In this document: piece after piece, positions 61,832 through 63,440 of the stretch
Position numbering within the stretch: the stretch's first letter is position 1
Layout of the letters: the number at the start of each line of letters is the position of its first letter
Assembly (NCBI GenBank): GCA_031372065.1
Contig: JANMKN010000032.1
Coordinates: 1-63,440 of the forward strand
Reading direction: 5' to 3'
Length of the DNA stretch: 63,440 bases
Source of the DNA: Abditibacteriaceae bacterium
GTDB taxonomy: Bacteria > Armatimonadota > Abditibacteriia > Abditibacteriales > Abditibacteriaceae
Program-made: the position numbers and the translations under genes
Notes under the pieces: model-generated
Seen by the model: only the letters and a program-made list of their open reading frames with translations
Told to the model about the DNA's origin: nothing
Databases searched by the model: none

Positions 61832-62048
61832 CATTCAATGCGCAACTCGTTTTGCCTCAGCTCAAGCTCAATCTGCTTCATAGTGAGCTTGATCCGAGGC
61901 AAAACGAAGTTAATCTGAGGCAAATGAAGCTCGATTGGAGGCAAATCGGGCTTGAGAAGGGGCAAAATGAGCTTCATCTGAGGCAAAACGAAGTTAATCT
62001 GCCTCAGATTAACTTCGTTTTGCCCCGTTTTAAGTTCGTTTTGCATCA
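61832..62048. repeat. 21-bp periodic array TG(AGG/CCT)CA-N4-RAGYTY-N4, about 10 units in both orientations
   Basis: Register 61853, 61874, 61895, 61916, 61937, 61958, 61979, 62000, 62021, 62042; perfect 19-bp stem 61982-62024. Confidence 0.9.
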
Positions 62049-62103
62049 AAAGCCCACCGCGCCAAGTGCCGATGATACGAATTCAGTATCTTCGTTTCAC
62101 CAT

Positions 62104-62937
62104 TTAATAAGGCGCAGGAATAGGCTCAAAAGTCATCTGATTAAAATCGTGTAGCATTGAAATGTCACCCATATCTTTTGGCCACAGACGCGCTGCAAAA
62201 AGTTTCCCATCCTGCGCCCAAACGATGCGTTTGCCATCCACTTCGGCCCATTCCCAAGCCAAACCATCAATTTTTTCGCCGGTTTTTATGTTTTCGAGTT
62301 CGTGCGTGTCGTTGTAGCAACCGCGCCCTTCAGGTGCATCCATTTGTGAGTTAGCGAATTTCCGCAAAATCCAAACGTCGTTATTTGGCTTCTCAAAGAC
62401 CGTTATTTGATGCTGTTTTGAAATAGATTTTTTGTATACCAGAGTCCAGCCATCGCGCAAAAGACGCAAATAGTAAACACCGGGACACTCTCCACCATAG
62501 TCTTGGAAATTGGATAATCCAGCGGATAACTTGAGTGGTGGCTTAGTCAACGGCTCCGGGACGTATCTTCCATTCAACCAATATGTGTCGTTGTCTACGA
62601 ACAAACCACCGCCAAACCAGCAATTTCCTTGGGGCCAAAAACCGACAGCTTTTAGATAAGGCGCACGCGAAATTGCTGACCATGAGCCTTTTGATTCCGA
62701 TGTCCACGCACCGTTCATAGCGAAATAGATCATGAGCTTGCCATCGGGTGACAAATCGCTCCGTCGTTCGTAAATGCGGCCTTTGAGCCATTGGCCGATT
62801 TGGAAGGTATCTTCTTCACGGTTCCAACCGATAGTGCAGACCTGTTTGGACGGCCCGCGCCGAATGACCACGCCATAAGGCGCTTCTTTAGCCAACAAAA
62901 CGTGAATTCGAGGCGCAAATTTTGGTTGTCCTGCCAT
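62104..62937 (-). CDS. Conserved-looking hypothetical protein, Trp/Gly-rich
   Basis: 277 aa; RRGPS, GQWLKGRIYERRSDLSPDG. Confidence 0.7.
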   Translation of the reverse strand: MAGQPKFAPRIHVLLAKEAPYGVVIRRGPSKQVCTIGWNREEDTFQIGQWLKGRIYERRSDLSPDGKLMIYFAMNGAWTSESKGSWSAISRAPYLKAVGFWPQGNCWFGGGLFVDNDTYWLNGRYVPEPLTKPPLKLSAGLSNFQDYGGECPGVYYLRLLRDGWTLVYKKSISKQHQITVFEKPNNDVWILRKFANSQMDAPEGRGCYNDTHELENIKTGEKIDGLAWEWAEVDGKRIVWAQDGKLFAARLWPKDMGDISMLHDFNQMTFEPIPAPY

Positions 62938-62938
62938 A

Positions 62939-63013
62939 TCACTTCACCGCCAACTTCCCCCCAGCGCGTAGCGTAACTGGGCCGATTAAGCCGGATTCCT
63001 GCAAGGAAGAATC
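62939..63013 (-). repeat. Duplicated 3' end of the upstream glycoside hydrolase gene
   Basis: Reads DSSLQESGLIGPVTLRAGGKLAVK* versus DSPLQESGLIGPVTLRAGTKLAVK* at 63187-63261. Confidence 0.9.
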
Positions 63014-63018
63014 TGGAC

Positions 63019-63177
63019 TCATTGTCGGAACACAAATTGTTGGCAATGGCTGCAACGATAGGCTTTAATTCCTGCCATTGATGCCAACCAATCCAGTGCT
63101 ATTCCGCGCCAACTTGGTTTTAACGTGCCGATTCCACATTTTGGACACGTCAAAGGTGCTGGGCTTTGGTTTTTCAT
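63019..63177 (-). CDS. 52-aa zinc-ribbon protein (not in ORF track)
   Basis: MKNQSPAPLTCPKCG...YRCSHCQQFVFRQ*; GAGG RBS. Confidence 0.65.
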   Translation of the reverse strand: MKNQSPAPLTCPKCGIGTLKPSWRGIALDWLASMAGIKAYRCSHCQQFVFRQ

Positions 63178-63186
63178 AAATGCCTC

Positions 63187-63440
63187 TCACTTCACCGCCA
63201 ATTTCGTCCCCGCGCGGAGCGTAACAGGGCCGATTAAGCCGGATTCTTGGAGGGGCGAATCTTTGCGCCAGTGGTGCCACGTTGTGAAGGTGTAGCGACC
63301 CGTCGGGCTGGGTTTGCCGTCGAGAACCCATTGCGGCCACGCTTTGAGGTGCATTCCATCCCATTCGCGGTCGTCGGGCAGTTGCTCATCGCCGATGAGG
63401 CGGTTGGGCCAGCCGTTGGTGACTTCAATTTCCAGATGAT
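63187..63440 (-). CDS. Glycoside hydrolase C-terminus (GH106/GH2-like); 5' part lies outside the window
   Basis: LEIEVTNGWPNRLIGD...SGLIGPV*. Confidence 0.8.
   Translation of the reverse strand, partial: HLEIEVTNGWPNRLIGDEQLPDDREWDGMHLKAWPQWVLDGKPSPTGRYTFTTWHHWRKDSPLQESGLIGPVTLRAGTKLAVK

Noticed and set aside
61813..62154. Leu/Gln-rich ORFs on both strands over the array
   Set aside because: Open frames follow from the 21-bp periodicity; no independent coding evidence
63065..63428. ORF-track calls 63065-63364 and 63234-63428
   Set aside because: They are alternative frames of the partial glycoside hydrolase and the zinc-ribbon gene

Overview
Bacterial chromosomal window of moderate GC. Gene content suggests Abditibacteriota/Armatimonadota (inference from the DUF1559 H-X9-DG pilin-like gene, sulfatase-like genes and Tat-exported Gfo/Idh/MocA plus HEAT pair). 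It holds housekeeping blocks (amidase-gerM-murI-rph-rdgB, a complete F1Fo ATP synthase operon, murA-mreB, pyrH, ackA), a sugar ABC transporter, uronate/sugar catabolism genes, an FHA-GAF-cyclase/Ser-Thr kinase/TPR module and many orphan genes. I found no rRNA, tRNA, CRISPR-Cas, integrase or transposase. Four patterns stand out. (1) Four 20-22 bp periodic arrays; two are built as motif/short variable segment/motif/short variable segment and lie directly upstream of two apparently related, signal-peptide-less helical + FN3-like genes. (2) Repeated duplication of gene 3' ends, twice with a cargo gene between the copies (ackA and a glycoside hydrolase). (3) A sulfatase-like gene broken by two in-frame TAA codons at Glu-equivalent positions. 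(4) Many heptamer/nonamer-based intergenic hairpins. Product calls come from motif recognition by eye, not database searches.
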